Source: a virus
Taxonomy: Duplodnaviria > Caudoviricetes
IMG/VR virus record: IMGVR_UViG_3300013121_000005
Location: 224,001-288,000 of that record
DNA: 64,000 nucleotides
Direction: 5' to 3' (one strand)
Shown piece after piece: positions 10,016 through 19,903 of the stretch. The notes below the pieces were generated by a model. The model was not told where the DNA came from, made no database searches, and saw only the letters and a program-made list of their open reading frames with translations. Numbering within the stretch: the first letter of the stretch is position 1; each line of letters opens with the position of its first letter. The translations under genes and the position numbers were made by a program.

Positions 10016-10213
10016 ATGTCAAACACAAACCACCGACGAAAGTGCAACCGACACCACAAGGCGTACTCTAGCTGGACTGGGAACAAACAGTACCGGCAAG
10101 TTGAATGGGGTAAGTTTCGTGCTCGGGAGCGGGACTGCTTGAAGAAGTGGTCCTACGATGACTTGCCCCAAAAGGTACCGCCGACCGCCTGGTACTACAT
10201 CTACTGGTACTGA
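10016..10213 (+). CDS. small basic protein
   Basis: GGAGG SD; Arg/Lys/His-rich 65 aa. Confidence 0.65.
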   Translation: MSNTNHRRKCNRHHKAYSSWTGNKQYRQVEWGKFRARERDCLKKWSYDDLPQKVPPTAWYYIYWY

Positions 10214-10273
10214 GCACAGAAGTGATGTTGAGTGAGAACCTTTTGGTGTACCTTCCCTAGCGGAGGTTCCAAG

Positions 10274-10495
10274 ATGGAAGATAGTATTCTCAAGGATATT
10301 CATGATGATGCCGTAAAAACAGCATCGATGGTTGGGGCTCCTGGGTGTGTCATACGCACCCGAGCCCTAAACGTAGTACGCCTTGTGGGGCACTATCGCG
10401 AGGCTCAATATCTTGCCCAAGAAATCAAGGAAGCGGGGCTCGACAACAACTTACCTCCTCTCTGGGCTGAGCTTTTAGCTCGGTTGGGCGCTTGA
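10274..10495 (+). CDS. hypothetical protein
   Basis: GGTGTA at 10245, SD GGAGGT. Confidence 0.55.
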   Translation: MEDSILKDIHDDAVKTASMVGAPGCVIRTRALNVVRLVGHYREAQYLAQEIKEAGLDNNLPPLWAELLARLGA

Positions 10496-10524
10496 AGAGC
10501 TAGGTGTACCTTCGTTAAAGAGTC

Positions 10525-10758
10525 ATGTTGTTCTCTCTCGCCCAAGTTGAAAAGGTTGCCCAAGGGAAGCCCGTTGCATCGATCCTCGTTCACTACGAGG
10601 GGCGTGAGGAGCCCGTTCGTTACCCTTGGGAGAACCGTAAACAAATTCGCTGGGGTAACGTACGTCGCGTACGCCTTGACTTTGCGAACGCAAAGCAGAT
10701 TTACGTAGGGAACGGGGATCATGGGACTCGCCCAGGATTTCGTATCAAGCCTCATTGA
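10525..10758 (+). CDS. hypothetical protein
   Basis: GGTGTA at 10503. Confidence 0.55.
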   Translation: MLFSLAQVEKVAQGKPVASILVHYEGREEPVRYPWENRKQIRWGNVRRVRLDFANAKQIYVGNGDHGTRPGFRIKPH

Positions 10759-10770
10759 AAAAGAGGGGCC

Positions 10771-11073
10771 ATGAAGAAAGTCACGAAGAAACCTTTGGTG
10801 AAGGCCCCAGCCACCCCCAAGGTAAAGCATTGGGAGGTTCCGGAGGCTTGGGCAGCTTGGGCAAAGTCAGACCTACTCCGACGCATCCGTAATGGGTGTA
10901 AGGCAGAGGAGTTGCTTTGGGAAAGCAACTACCCGCATCTCCTTCCTACCTTGATCCAAGAGTTGGCTGAAGCAGGGGAGCTAATCTCTGTCGAGTACAC
11001 GCTTCCGGGGGATCCCACGAAGATATACAGATTCCTCCTGCCAAAGGGCTCAGTGGTACTGAGCCAGGATTGA
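10771..11073 (+). CDS. hypothetical protein, paralog of 55755-56180
   Basis: GELISVEYTLP...FLLPKGS vs GELIEVTYILP...FLLPKGT. Confidence 0.7.
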   Translation: MKKVTKKPLVKAPATPKVKHWEVPEAWAAWAKSDLLRRIRNGCKAEELLWESNYPHLLPTLIQELAEAGELISVEYTLPGDPTKIYRFLLPKGSVVLSQD

Positions 11074-11076
11074 GAA

Positions 11077-11238
11077 ATGAGCTACCTCCTAAACCTAGAT
11101 GAGTGTACGGAGCTTCAATTGTTGGAAGAATTGAAGCTCCGTGCTGAGAGACGTTCGATTGGCCGGTGTGATTACTGCAACCGGCCAATCGAAACAAAAT
11201 CCTGCAAGTTCCCCGAACGTCACAACCCCACTCGTTAA
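11077..11238 (+). CDS. 53-aa Zn-binding protein (below ORF-track cutoff)
   Basis: MSYLLNLDEC...GRCDYC...SCKFPERH. Confidence 0.55.
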   Translation: MSYLLNLDECTELQLLEELKLRAERRSIGRCDYCNRPIETKSCKFPERHNPTR

Positions 11239-11290
11239 CAAGGTCGATCTCACACTCTGGGTGTATGACTCAGGAACCCGTAAAGAAGAA

Positions 11291-11854
11291 ATGAAACAGC
11301 CACTTAAGAATGTAGGGCATAGAGGGGTGATCGAGCGGTGTGCCCTTGCTTTTGGCAAAGGAAAACGGGGAAGCCGGTCGTGTGTCCTTGCTTTTGTCGG
11401 TCCTTCTTTCGATGCGATAGAGCAATCCGGAGAGTACTCTGACTTGGATGACCTCCTTTATGGAGCAGAAGAGGAGGAAGAGGGTATCTACGTATGGGAA
11501 GGGTACCCTGTAGGCATTTACTGCGGGGGAGATGGATACCCAGAATTTGATGGGTACACATTTGGCGACGGTATCTGGCGAAAACCTACAAATGAAGAGG
11601 GGGTTGCTCTACTCGCAGGGGATAACCCGTGGGTAAAGGAGTGTCCTGATTGTGAGCTATGTTCATGCATGACTAGGGGGGGCTCGATAGGGTCCAAGAA
11701 TGATTGCACCCTATGCAGTTTCGGATGGAAGCAGGCTAAGCACCTACCCCCACCTCCACTCCCACCCTCTGGCCCAACTCTAGTCCCTCTGTGGACCTGC
11801 CCTCGTTGCAAGGGGCGAAGATTTGTACGTAAGGACCTTGAAGATCATGCATAA
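11291..11854 (+). CDS. hypothetical protein with CxxC motifs
   Basis: GIYVWEG; CPDC, CTLC, CPRC. Confidence 0.6.
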   Translation: MKQPLKNVGHRGVIERCALAFGKGKRGSRSCVLAFVGPSFDAIEQSGEYSDLDDLLYGAEEEEEGIYVWEGYPVGIYCGGDGYPEFDGYTFGDGIWRKPTNEEGVALLAGDNPWVKECPDCELCSCMTRGGSIGSKNDCTLCSFGWKQAKHLPPPPLPPSGPTLVPLWTCPRCKGRRFVRKDLEDHA

Positions 11855-12179
11855 TCTCGATTACTTCCCGCCAAACGGGACAAAGTATCCGTGGCACCCC
11901 AAGAGGCTGAATACTTCACCTTGGGTTTGTTTGTTTTGGGCGTGCTGGCCTGCTGAAGTTCAAGCCTATGTAGACCGGAAAGAGGATGGCCAGTTTATCT
12001 GGTGGGTCACTGTCTGTGCTTTCGACTTCAGTCGCCAGACCTATGAAGGAACAGCTTCAGGGGCCCTTGCGGCTTGTCAAGAGGCTGAGAAATGCGCTGA
12101 GGAGCAGAAGGGGTTGCTCTTCCAACCTTGGATGGAGCAAGCACTTGCGGCAGGATGGCGACCCCCCGGAGATAACTGA
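11847..12179 (+). CDS. hypothetical protein
   Basis: Ends QALAAGWRPP. Confidence 0.6.
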   Translation: MHNLDYFPPNGTKYPWHPKRLNTSPWVCLFWACWPAEVQAYVDRKEDGQFIWWVTVCAFDFSRQTYEGTASGALAACQEAEKCAEEQKGLLFQPWMEQALAAGWRPPGDN

Positions 12180-12182
12180 CCT

Positions 12183-12887
12183 ATGGCTTTTCTTGTAGCT
12201 GTTTCAGCCCTCGTTGGGTTTATCTGGTTTGTCTTTGGCCTTCTTGTAATGAGAGGGGCTCTTAGGTTGGAACAGAAAGCCCACTCAGTGAGTAAGCTCC
12301 AGATTACGCATCTGACGCAGCAGGTGGAGCAACTAACGACCGAGCTAGAGAGGAGAACCAACAACTCTCCTCTGTCAGCGGAACACAGAGACACCCTCAA
12401 TTCTTTCCTAGCTGACAGTACGCTGAGGTGGAACACTTACAAAAATCAGGTCAATGCAACTTTCCTTCGTCAGCTAGACCTTCTGTCTGCTGGCCATGGC
12501 ATAAAGTATGCTTTGGTGTGCAACCAGTTCGAGAGCGATCTTAACTTGAACACTGGTCAGTTGCGTCGTTACCTAGAATGGCGTTTTCGAGGGCTACTGC
12601 AACAACGGGCTGAGTCTCCTTACCGTAGTATGTCGTCTCGACGTAGTATGTCGTCTCGAAGCGAGACGGAAACCGGGGAAACCGAGGAAACCAGGACAGA
12701 CCTACATAGGGCAACAGAAGACCTACATAGAACTATAATGGAAATGACTAAGGACCTCGACGTCAAGATTGCCCGAGAGGATCTGACCAAAGTGGCGGAA
12801 GAGGTTCTGAAGAGCTTCCTAGCTCAACCAACCCCCCCACGTCCCCCGCCTGCAACTAGGTACGACCACATCTCAAAGGAAGAATGA
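12183..12887 (+). CDS. membrane-anchored coiled-coil protein with C-terminal TRYDHI tag
   Basis: N-terminal hydrophobic helix; ends PPATRYDHISKEE. Confidence 0.7.
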   Translation: MAFLVAVSALVGFIWFVFGLLVMRGALRLEQKAHSVSKLQITHLTQQVEQLTTELERRTNNSPLSAEHRDTLNSFLADSTLRWNTYKNQVNATFLRQLDLLSAGHGIKYALVCNQFESDLNLNTGQLRRYLEWRFRGLLQQRAESPYRSMSSRRSMSSRSETETGETEETRTDLHRATEDLHRTIMEMTKDLDVKIAREDLTKVAEEVLKSFLAQPTPPRPPPATRYDHISKEE

Positions 12888-12894
12888 GACGTAA

Positions 12895-13188
12895 ATGTTG
12901 ACTGAGGAAGTAATCCTACAAGCTCGAAACGTCCTTATTCTTGCTGGGCTCTATGTGTGCCCAGAACCCAGTCGTGGGTGTTTGATCAACGGAGGGACCC
13001 ATACCGAACGGACGCCAGACCTGTTCGTCATTCATGGGACATTCTCGGTGGAAGAACGCAATGGGGCATATCTCGTACAAGGAGCTGCGCATGTACCCGC
13101 GAGCTTTGATACCATTCTTGAGGCTGTGGAACATGTAGTTCGGTTTTGGAAACCGATCCAACCAGGTACGCCTCTCCGAAGGGGTTAG
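12895..13188 (+). CDS. hypothetical protein, paralog of 50280-50636
   Basis: GGTHxExTPDLxxxHG[TS]F and RFWKPI...RRG shared. Confidence 0.7.
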   Translation: MLTEEVILQARNVLILAGLYVCPEPSRGCLINGGTHTERTPDLFVIHGTFSVEERNGAYLVQGAAHVPASFDTILEAVEHVVRFWKPIQPGTPLRRG

Positions 13189-13565
13189 CCCCAAATGGTG
13201 TCCCACCACTTCTTGGCCTGATATTGGATGCGAACCCAAAGAGAGGGTTGGGAGGGAGGCCACATCACCCACTCCCCATTTTTCTCACCGGTTATACTCA
13301 TATCATGGTGTAACCGGTAGCGGAATGGGGTCAGTAGTTCGCATTGGGGGCAATAGCCGAGGGAGTCTACGACGTAGACCTTCACAGCGTGAGATGGCCC
13401 CCATGGAATGATGTTCCCTCGTAAGTAGTTGGGTGCAATTGGTTGGTGGCAGTGAGCACAATGCCCTATGAACTCGTCCCAATGAGCACCGGAAGCGAAG
13501 ACCAAGGGGAACCCACTTGCGATGGTAGGTAACTTCATAAAGTTGCTGTATGTGGAACGAGCCAT
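13185..13565 (-). CDS. Zn-binding hypothetical protein
   Basis: CAHC...CPQC. Confidence 0.6.
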   Translation of the reverse strand: MARSTYSNFMKLPTIASGFPLVFASGAHWDEFIGHCAHCHQPIAPNYLRGNIIPWGPSHAVKVYVVDSLGYCPQCELLTPFRYRLHHDMSITGEKNGEWVMWPPSQPSLWVRIQYQAKKWWDTIWG

Positions 13566-14416
13566 TACTCAACTTCGGTTAGAACGTTGAAAAAGCGTTC
13601 GTGGTCTACAGCTACGCTAATCCGTGTAAGGCTTTGAGGATTAAGGCGGGAACCCCATTCTCCGCGTTCCCGATAAACATCGACGCGGGCAAAAGTACAG
13701 ACCGTTGGGTCGAGGGCCACAGTGAGTGCAAGCAGGTCGTGGAGCTTCTTGCCGTTGGGGTTCTTTTTCAGGTATAGGGTCATACCTTCAAATACGAGAT
13801 TGAGTCCCGCGCTCCGTTGCGGCAAAGCTGCAACACGATCATGGAATGCCTGGTCCCAGATGACTCCGTGACAGACGTTCTTAGCTACAAGAAGCCGCTC
13901 ATGGAACGACGGGTTGGCGAGCATGGCGAGGGCAGCATTAGGAGCCCCATTGAAATTGAAGGTGGGGTACGTTTCACGCCCGTCAAACTTCGCGAGCCGT
14001 TGAGGTTTGGGGACCACGGAATCTCCAGCGAAGCCTCCTTGACCAACCCATCGAGGATGTTGTGGCAACCTCTCAGAAAAATTGCGGAGCGGACCTCCGG
14101 TGAGAAGTGTCGCGCCAAGGAGTGCGGTCCTGTGCAGAACGTCTTGCGAGGAGTGAACTACGTCCGCCTCGTGCTTCCCTAGCCACTTGTCATGAAAAAC
14201 GCTGACACACTCCTTCTTACGCATCGGGTCGCCACCAACAGGTACCTCTGGTTTGTTGAGACGATCGAGCACGTAACGAACGAGACCTACCTGGTCACGC
14301 CCACCAGGCATAAGAGAAACACCTACTAGATTGGCATGAGGGTGTGTCGCCAAGATGGCGAGCGTCATCATGTCATCGGGATCTTGCGTTTCCATGTCAA
14401 AGTGGATCAAAACCAT
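13565..14416 (-). CDS. nucleoside hydrolase (IU-NH family)
   Basis: N-terminal DxxxxDPDD, GPLRN, TFNF, LHDLLA. Confidence 0.85.
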   Translation of the reverse strand: MVLIHFDMETQDPDDMMTLAILATHPHANLVGVSLMPGGRDQVGLVRYVLDRLNKPEVPVGGDPMRKKECVSVFHDKWLGKHEADVVHSSQDVLHRTALLGATLLTGGPLRNFSERLPQHPRWVGQGGFAGDSVVPKPQRLAKFDGRETYPTFNFNGAPNAALAMLANPSFHERLLVAKNVCHGVIWDQAFHDRVAALPQRSAGLNLVFEGMTLYLKKNPNGKKLHDLLALTVALDPTVCTFARVDVYRERGEWGSRLNPQSLTRISVAVDHERFFNVLTEVE

Positions 14417-14462
14417 GAACGTAACTATGCCCTTAAAATCGATCTTGGTGTAGCATTAAGGA

Positions 14463-15308
14463 ATGCTCTCCCAATCCCAACCTTCTTCAGACTCAGTTAC
14501 CCAGGTCCTGCGAAATTGGGAAACCCTTGGCCATATTGTAAAGAGAGTCACTGGGCGTACCCTGGTAGGTACTGAGGGAGGGCTGTACAGTTTTTCTCAG
14601 ACTGAACTACGTATACCCCGATATGACCTTGAGGCAGGTATCCATGAATTGTGCCATTACGTTGTAGCCTCAGAAGAGGAACGAAAACAACCGAATATGG
14701 GGCTTTCTCTTGACTGGTCTCATCCTCGATTTGGTCGAATGGTCTGGTGCGAAGAGGCTGCATGGTCACTTGAGTTCTTTCTTTTCGGGGACCCCAGTGT
14801 TTCCCAAATGGCTAGTTACCTGACCCCAGAGGCACGTGCTTCTGGAGGGGGTTACTACATTACCATGGAGCAAGAGGAGGCGGAGGAGGCTGCCCGAGCT
14901 GAGGCTGCCCGAGCTGCCCGTCTCGTTAGGAAAAGGGAGCGGCTTCGTCGAGAAGCTTTAGCAAAAGCTGAGAGCATCCTACCAGTTGAGATAGTCTACC
15001 TTAGCCGTTCTGTTCGGGACGAGCACCACCGAGAAGAGAGACGACGACAAGAAGAGGCAAACGAGAGAGCTACGAGAATCGCATTCCTAGAGAATCACAT
15101 TCAACTACGTCGAGCTGACCTCCAAACGTGTCGACTTGAACTTTCAAAGTTAAAGGCCGAGCTTCGGCAACTTCAAAAGCAATTCCCAACGAAGAGGTGC
15201 CCTGCTACCTTTAATGGCCTTCAGTGCGACTTTACTGGGTACCATACAGAGCATGGGTTGCATGATGTTTACGGGAACGTCATGTTGACCTGGGGAAGCA
15301 AAAATTAG
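14463..15308 (+). CDS. HExxH (zincin-like) protein with coiled-coil and C-terminal Cys/His motif
   Basis: IHELCHY...EEAAW. Confidence 0.55.
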   Translation: MLSQSQPSSDSVTQVLRNWETLGHIVKRVTGRTLVGTEGGLYSFSQTELRIPRYDLEAGIHELCHYVVASEEERKQPNMGLSLDWSHPRFGRMVWCEEAAWSLEFFLFGDPSVSQMASYLTPEARASGGGYYITMEQEEAEEAARAEAARAARLVRKRERLRREALAKAESILPVEIVYLSRSVRDEHHREERRRQEEANERATRIAFLENHIQLRRADLQTCRLELSKLKAELRQLQKQFPTKRCPATFNGLQCDFTGYHTEHGLHDVYGNVMLTWGSKN

Positions 15309-15357
15309 TTGACGCTCGTCTTTCTCGTTCGTTCAAAGAAAGGGAAGAGAGGAAGTT

Positions 15358-15543
15358 ATGGCAACCAGCAGCAAATTTAGGGGACCCGCCAAGCGGGGCG
15401 GAATGTCCGGAGGCAGCTTGGCTTGCCACAACACTTGTAGCTGCCACCCTCAGCAGTGGGGGGCCAAAAAGGGGGCTCGAAGGTTGCGTAGGCGAATCTC
15501 CAAGCAGATCATTCGAGAGGAGCTGGGAGGTAAGGTGAAATGA
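15358..15543 (+). CDS. small basic Cys/His protein
   Basis: CHNTCSCHP, KKGARRLRRR. Confidence 0.6.
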   Translation: MATSSKFRGPAKRGGMSGGSLACHNTCSCHPQQWGAKKGARRLRRRISKQIIREELGGKVK

Positions 15544-15698
15544 AGACTATCTACTCACGGCTTGCAGAACCTTCTAAGGAAGAGGCAGCCCAGGAGGACT
15601 TGACAGAGCTGACCAAAGCTCTAGCTAAGGGGGATCTTCTTTCTAGGCTTTTGGAGCATGAGTTGCGTCGAAACCTCCGAGCAGCAAAGAAGAAGTAA
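15540..15698 (+). CDS. 52-aa hypothetical protein
   Basis: ATGA-coupled; MKTIYSRLAEP... Confidence 0.5.
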   Translation: MKTIYSRLAEPSKEEAAQEDLTELTKALAKGDLLSRLLEHELRRNLRAAKKK

Positions 15699-15699
15699 A

Positions 15700-15894
15700 G
15701 TGGCAACGACAAAACTTACCCGACAAGGAGTTCGGGACCTCAACTCTCTAAAGGGTACCTCCAAAGGGTATCGATTGGCTCAACCTCCCCTGGCTGTGTT
15801 GTGCAGTCACTTTCGGGTGAAAGTACAGTTTGACCAAGGTCTAAATTGGAGGGTGTGTGAGGACTGCAAAGAGGTACTCGGAGACCCTTGGTAG
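15700..15894 (+). CDS. small Zn-binding protein
   Basis: CSH...CEDC. Confidence 0.5.
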   Translation: MATTKLTRQGVRDLNSLKGTSKGYRLAQPPLAVLCSHFRVKVQFDQGLNWRVCEDCKEVLGDPW

Positions 15895-15955
15895 GGAAAA
15901 TCGGAGGGGGGGGTCTCTGTAGGACCCCCCCCCCTCCGATTTTCCCTACCAAGGG
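15885..15955. repeat. long inverted repeat (21-bp perfect arms extended by G8/C10 tracts)
   Basis: CCCTTGGTAGGGAAAATCGGA-G8-TC...GA-C10-TCCGATTTTCCCTACCAAGGG. Confidence 0.9.
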
Positions 15956-15979
15956 AGAGGGGTGGTGTATTGCCCCCTT

Positions 15980-16453
15980 ATGAATGATGCCCAAACTTCG
16001 GACGCCCACTTCTCCCGTGAGGTGTTCTTGGTCGAAACGGCTCGGAGATACTGGGAAGCTCGAAGACAAGAACAGCTTCTTGGGGATTCACTTGAGGACC
16101 TAGGGGTCAATTTTGACGACCGAAAGGCAGCTAATCGCCTTATCGAGGCGTTGGCCACCAACAGTGACGAAAAGGCCGTTGAAGTTGCACGCCGCTTTCT
16201 AAGTGTCTTAGATGAGGCTACGTCTACTTCCCAGGGGCCCAACGTAGATTCGGTCTTCCAACAGATTTACACAGTCGTTCAGGAAGAACGTACAACCTTC
16301 GTTCAGGACATTGCAAGCAAACTAGGCTTGGCAATCCCAACCGTTCGTCGCAACCTGCTTGCGATGAGTACCCATGTTTACCTTAAGGGGAATGAAGTTC
16401 AAGACCTCGGGGATGGGTCCTCACGGCCTCGATGGACACAGGGAGGGAGATGA
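15980..16453 (+). CDS. hypothetical protein with C-terminal HTH-like segment
   Basis: VQDIASKLGLAIPTVRRNL; start 10 nt after GGTGTA. Confidence 0.6.
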   Translation: MNDAQTSDAHFSREVFLVETARRYWEARRQEQLLGDSLEDLGVNFDDRKAANRLIEALATNSDEKAVEVARRFLSVLDEATSTSQGPNVDSVFQQIYTVVQEERTTFVQDIASKLGLAIPTVRRNLLAMSTHVYLKGNEVQDLGDGSSRPRWTQGGR

Positions 16454-17418
16454 TGTTGCCCCTTTGGAGAATCGTCTCTTATGTCCCTACTGACATTTCC
16501 GTAAGCCTACGGGAAATGATCCAGAGTACCGCAAACAAGTGGTCGAGTCTCCCTTCTGCGGAGAAGTTCGAGACCCTTGAGCGTATCCTCACTGCCTACT
16601 TTGCGGAAAAGCGGCCGAAATTTCCCCATCAGGTAGAAGAGAATCAAGTACTTACGTTGCTTTTCAGGAGCACGCTAGGTCTTGAGAAGAGTTGGAGTTC
16701 CAATACCTTCAGTTACTTTCGACTTATCGGTAAGGACAAAGAATTAGCCCCACTACTCTGGGACCTAATTGATACCCATAAGTGGCAACCCTCCCGTGCT
16801 CGCCAGGTTAGTCACATCGTCAACCAGATTGTCCGGGAAACCGGAAAGGATCGAGTTGAAACTTGTCGAGAGGTTCTCCGCCTTAGTGGGGGCAAGGTTT
16901 GGTCCCCTAAGGCTGTCAACTCCATCTACGAAGCTTTTCAGGTCACAGCCTTTAGGCGGTCGAGAAGGGCCCGAGTTCCTAAACTCACTTCTATGTCCGA
17001 AGGGCAGAAGTCTTCCTACGTAAACCTCATGGAAGCAATGGAGGAATTCTGTCGAGAGATTTACGCTGACGCTCCTGTCAATGCCCTGGAGAAAAGCGAT
17101 GTCTTTCTGGACTTAGACCTCCTTGCCCGCAAAATTTGGGTGACCTCTCGAACTCAGCAGCGAGACAGTCTGAAGTCAGACTTGGCCCGGTACAAGGAAG
17201 CGTGTCGAGACTTAGGTCTCGCAGTTCCTTCCAAAGGTAGCCTTGTTGATCTAGGTGACGCCAAAAAGGCATATCGAAATAGGGTTTTTACGGTACACCC
17301 AGATCGCAATGCAGGGGCTGGAGCAGCAGAGCAATTTCGCGCTTACACTTCAGCTATCACGATCATTGAAAGTTATCACCAGAGAGTCTCAACCTTCACT
17401 CAAGGAGTTTTACCTTGA
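16450..17418 (+). CDS. C-terminal J-domain protein
   Basis: AKKAYRNRVFTVHPDRN...AAEQF. Confidence 0.75.
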   Translation: MMLPLWRIVSYVPTDISVSLREMIQSTANKWSSLPSAEKFETLERILTAYFAEKRPKFPHQVEENQVLTLLFRSTLGLEKSWSSNTFSYFRLIGKDKELAPLLWDLIDTHKWQPSRARQVSHIVNQIVRETGKDRVETCREVLRLSGGKVWSPKAVNSIYEAFQVTAFRRSRRARVPKLTSMSEGQKSSYVNLMEAMEEFCREIYADAPVNALEKSDVFLDLDLLARKIWVTSRTQQRDSLKSDLARYKEACRDLGLAVPSKGSLVDLGDAKKAYRNRVFTVHPDRNAGAGAAEQFRAYTSAITIIESYHQRVSTFTQGVLP

Positions 17419-18098
17419 CTACTAACATCTTCATTTCTTCAGACATCTCCGACGATGTACTACGAGGGGCTTGTCGTAGGGTTCCTCTCAGGCAGCACTC
17501 TCCTCAGCGCTCTGCACAGCGGGACATGGCAGGACATTGCCATGGAACTGCCTACAGCAAACTTGAGGGAGACCTGCTCGCTCGGTTCAAACGGGAAGGT
17601 GGCCCCCAGATGATGAACCCTGCTACTATGGCAGTTGCCACTTGTATTGTGAACGCATCCCTTTGGATCGATAGAGTCTCTCCAGGAGCCCGTATTTCGT
17701 ATCAGGTGTACGCGGAAATGATCTTCGGAAGCCTCTACACCAATGCCCCTTCGGCAGATGAGCAGGCTAAGTACTGTGAGAAGATCAGCAAGTCCTCTAC
17801 CCATGCTCGCAAAATCCTCCAGCGAGATAGGGCGTTTGACCTGTTTGCGCAAAATCGAACGTTCATGCTTCTTACGACTCGCGACCAGATCCGCAATTTC
17901 AGTCTCCGTCGAGAGTACTTTTTTCGCCAGAAAGTTCAAAAGCGCCAGCGTAGCCTACTAGCTCTCCTCCAACGTGCTACAGAAGGTCCGCGACCTACCC
18001 GCGAACTGCTGGACTTCGAGGCTCAGATGGCTGAGGCACTTACAACGGGGGAGGTAGCATTCGCGAGGGTCCAGCTCCCCGCTCCCCTTGAGGGGTAA
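17415..18098 (+). CDS. hypothetical protein
   Basis: TTG start with AAGGAG SD. Confidence 0.6.
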   Translation: MTTNIFISSDISDDVLRGACRRVPLRQHSPQRSAQRDMAGHCHGTAYSKLEGDLLARFKREGGPQMMNPATMAVATCIVNASLWIDRVSPGARISYQVYAEMIFGSLYTNAPSADEQAKYCEKISKSSTHARKILQRDRAFDLFAQNRTFMLLTTRDQIRNFSLRREYFFRQKVQKRQRSLLALLQRATEGPRPTRELLDFEAQMAEALTTGEVAFARVQLPAPLEG

Positions 18099-18107
18099 GT
18101 AAGCCTT

Positions 18108-18145
18108 TAGAGCTGGCTCCGAAAGGTCTTTCGGTGCCAGCTCTA
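18108..18145. terminator. hairpin between convergent genes
   Basis: TAGAGCTGGC-t-CCGAAAG...CTTTCGG-t-GCCAGCTCTA. Confidence 0.7.
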
Positions 18146-19879
18146 CTGTTGTTGATACCGTCGAGCGACCTGCTCTTCGAGCATCGCGGTCTTCAGGACA
18201 GACCGGAAGCTCTCTACTTGGTCTCGGCTGATGTTGTATTCCAGGATGTAATGGGCGAAGACTTCGGCGAACGCCTCGTCCACGTTGCTCGCCCCATACG
18301 TTGAGACGGGGGCGACGGGGGCCGGGTTCTTCTCGTAGCTCTCCATCCATTCGAGCGTGGCCGGATCGTTCTTGAGCTTCTCCTTGGCTCGCTCGTTGTG
18401 CTTTTGGACGGCGAAGTCTATGAAGATGAGGGCCTCGCTCACAATCTGAGAGATAAGCTGACGAGCCTCAGTGAGCCAGGTGTCTTTCCCTTCGGGCCTG
18501 AGGAGGGTGAAGTCCTCGAAGTGCTCGGTGAGCTTGGCCTTGGTCTTGTACACGTCGTCCTTGAGGCGATCGACTTCGGACCCGAGGTCCTTGTCCACGT
18601 CGAGGGACGTGACGGCATCGATGATGTCGTTTCCAAAGACCCAGCCGTCCTTCCCCACGCCATCCCGGGCGAGGGGGGTCAAGTTGGCGAGGTTGTAGTT
18701 GACGACTCGGGTGAGCCGCTGCTCAGCACGGTCCTGGGCTCGGAGCACTTTCCGCTTTGAGTCGTCGATGTCCGCGTCCTTGAACATTCGGACATCGACG
18801 GTTGGCTTCGAGGGACGAGGCTTTGTGTGCGTCTTGACCAGGGCCTCGAACTTCGCACGTTGGGACGACCCCATCTGCTTGAACCAGTAGCGATGCCCAA
18901 GCTCGTGGACCATCAGCTCCACGATGAACACTCCGGGACGGTTGAAGATCGTCACCGTGTCTCGGCCGATCTCGTACCAACCTCCAACACCCCCACCTGT
19001 ATTCTGGTTTACCCCTCCACACTCAGTGCATTGGATGAAGACATTTCCGTACCAAGCCTTCTCGAACCCCTTGCTTTTCAGCTTGGAGTAGGCTTCAGAT
19101 AGGTACCGCACGTACTTCTTGATGAGATCCGTGTCAACGGTCCGGTCATCCACAATGACCTTCATCCCGTGAAGGTCAAACTCCCGGAACCCCCCAGCCT
19201 CTTGAATCGTCTGCTCTGAGTAGTTCGCCGCGAGCATCTCGTAGATGCGGTCGACCCACTTGTTGGGGTCCCAGTCAAGTTTGCTTCGCTTGGCCAAGCG
19301 GGCAGCAGCTTTACTGAAGCCTACTCGATGCAGAAAGTCATACTTGACCTGGTAGACATCATCATCTACCAGGGCTTTCAACTCCTCTGGCTTTGCAGCT
19401 CTAAGTGTTTTCTCGACAAGACGTTCAATTCCTGCCTTGTCGACAGTCCATTCCGACTTGAAGAGGTCCCCCACAGTTGAGGTAACTTCCTTCATCTTAT
19501 CGAAGACGTCTTGGTAAGCTCTCCATGTAAGGTACCCTTTTGGGTCCTTGAAGTTGGTATACCCAAGGTCTAAGCCATCGTACTTATTTGCAATGGCCTC
19601 TACATACCCCCTGGCCATTTCAACCCTATTCTTGATGGAATCTAGAGCCGTGTCGAGCGTTACCAGATTCGCGAACTCTTTCCAGAAACGATCAAAGAAG
19701 GGGAGTACCTTGTCGTGGAGAATCCACTTCCAGTAGGGCGGGTTGTCACTACTCCTGAGGGGTTCTTTGAGGATAGCCTTAAGTGTATCTTTCTGGGCTT
19801 TGAACCACTTCGCAGAAAGATAAGCTGCGACAACCTGCCTTCGGTAACGGGTTGCGACTCTTAGGGTAAGAGATTCCAC
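18143..19879 (-). CDS. zincin-like metallopeptidase protein, probably virion-associated
   Basis: VHELGHRYW and distal VSTYGASNVDEAFAE; N-terminal RVATRY. Confidence 0.75.
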   Translation of the reverse strand: MESLTLRVATRYRRQVVAAYLSAKWFKAQKDTLKAILKEPLRSSDNPPYWKWILHDKVLPFFDRFWKEFANLVTLDTALDSIKNRVEMARGYVEAIANKYDGLDLGYTNFKDPKGYLTWRAYQDVFDKMKEVTSTVGDLFKSEWTVDKAGIERLVEKTLRAAKPEELKALVDDDVYQVKYDFLHRVGFSKAAARLAKRSKLDWDPNKWVDRIYEMLAANYSEQTIQEAGGFREFDLHGMKVIVDDRTVDTDLIKKYVRYLSEAYSKLKSKGFEKAWYGNVFIQCTECGGVNQNTGGGVGGWYEIGRDTVTIFNRPGVFIVELMVHELGHRYWFKQMGSSQRAKFEALVKTHTKPRPSKPTVDVRMFKDADIDDSKRKVLRAQDRAEQRLTRVVNYNLANLTPLARDGVGKDGWVFGNDIIDAVTSLDVDKDLGSEVDRLKDDVYKTKAKLTEHFEDFTLLRPEGKDTWLTEARQLISQIVSEALIFIDFAVQKHNERAKEKLKNDPATLEWMESYEKNPAPVAPVSTYGASNVDEAFAEVFAHYILEYNISRDQVESFRSVLKTAMLEEQVARRYQQQ

Positions 19880-19903
19880 ATTTACCCTAGGGAGATAACT
19901 AGA

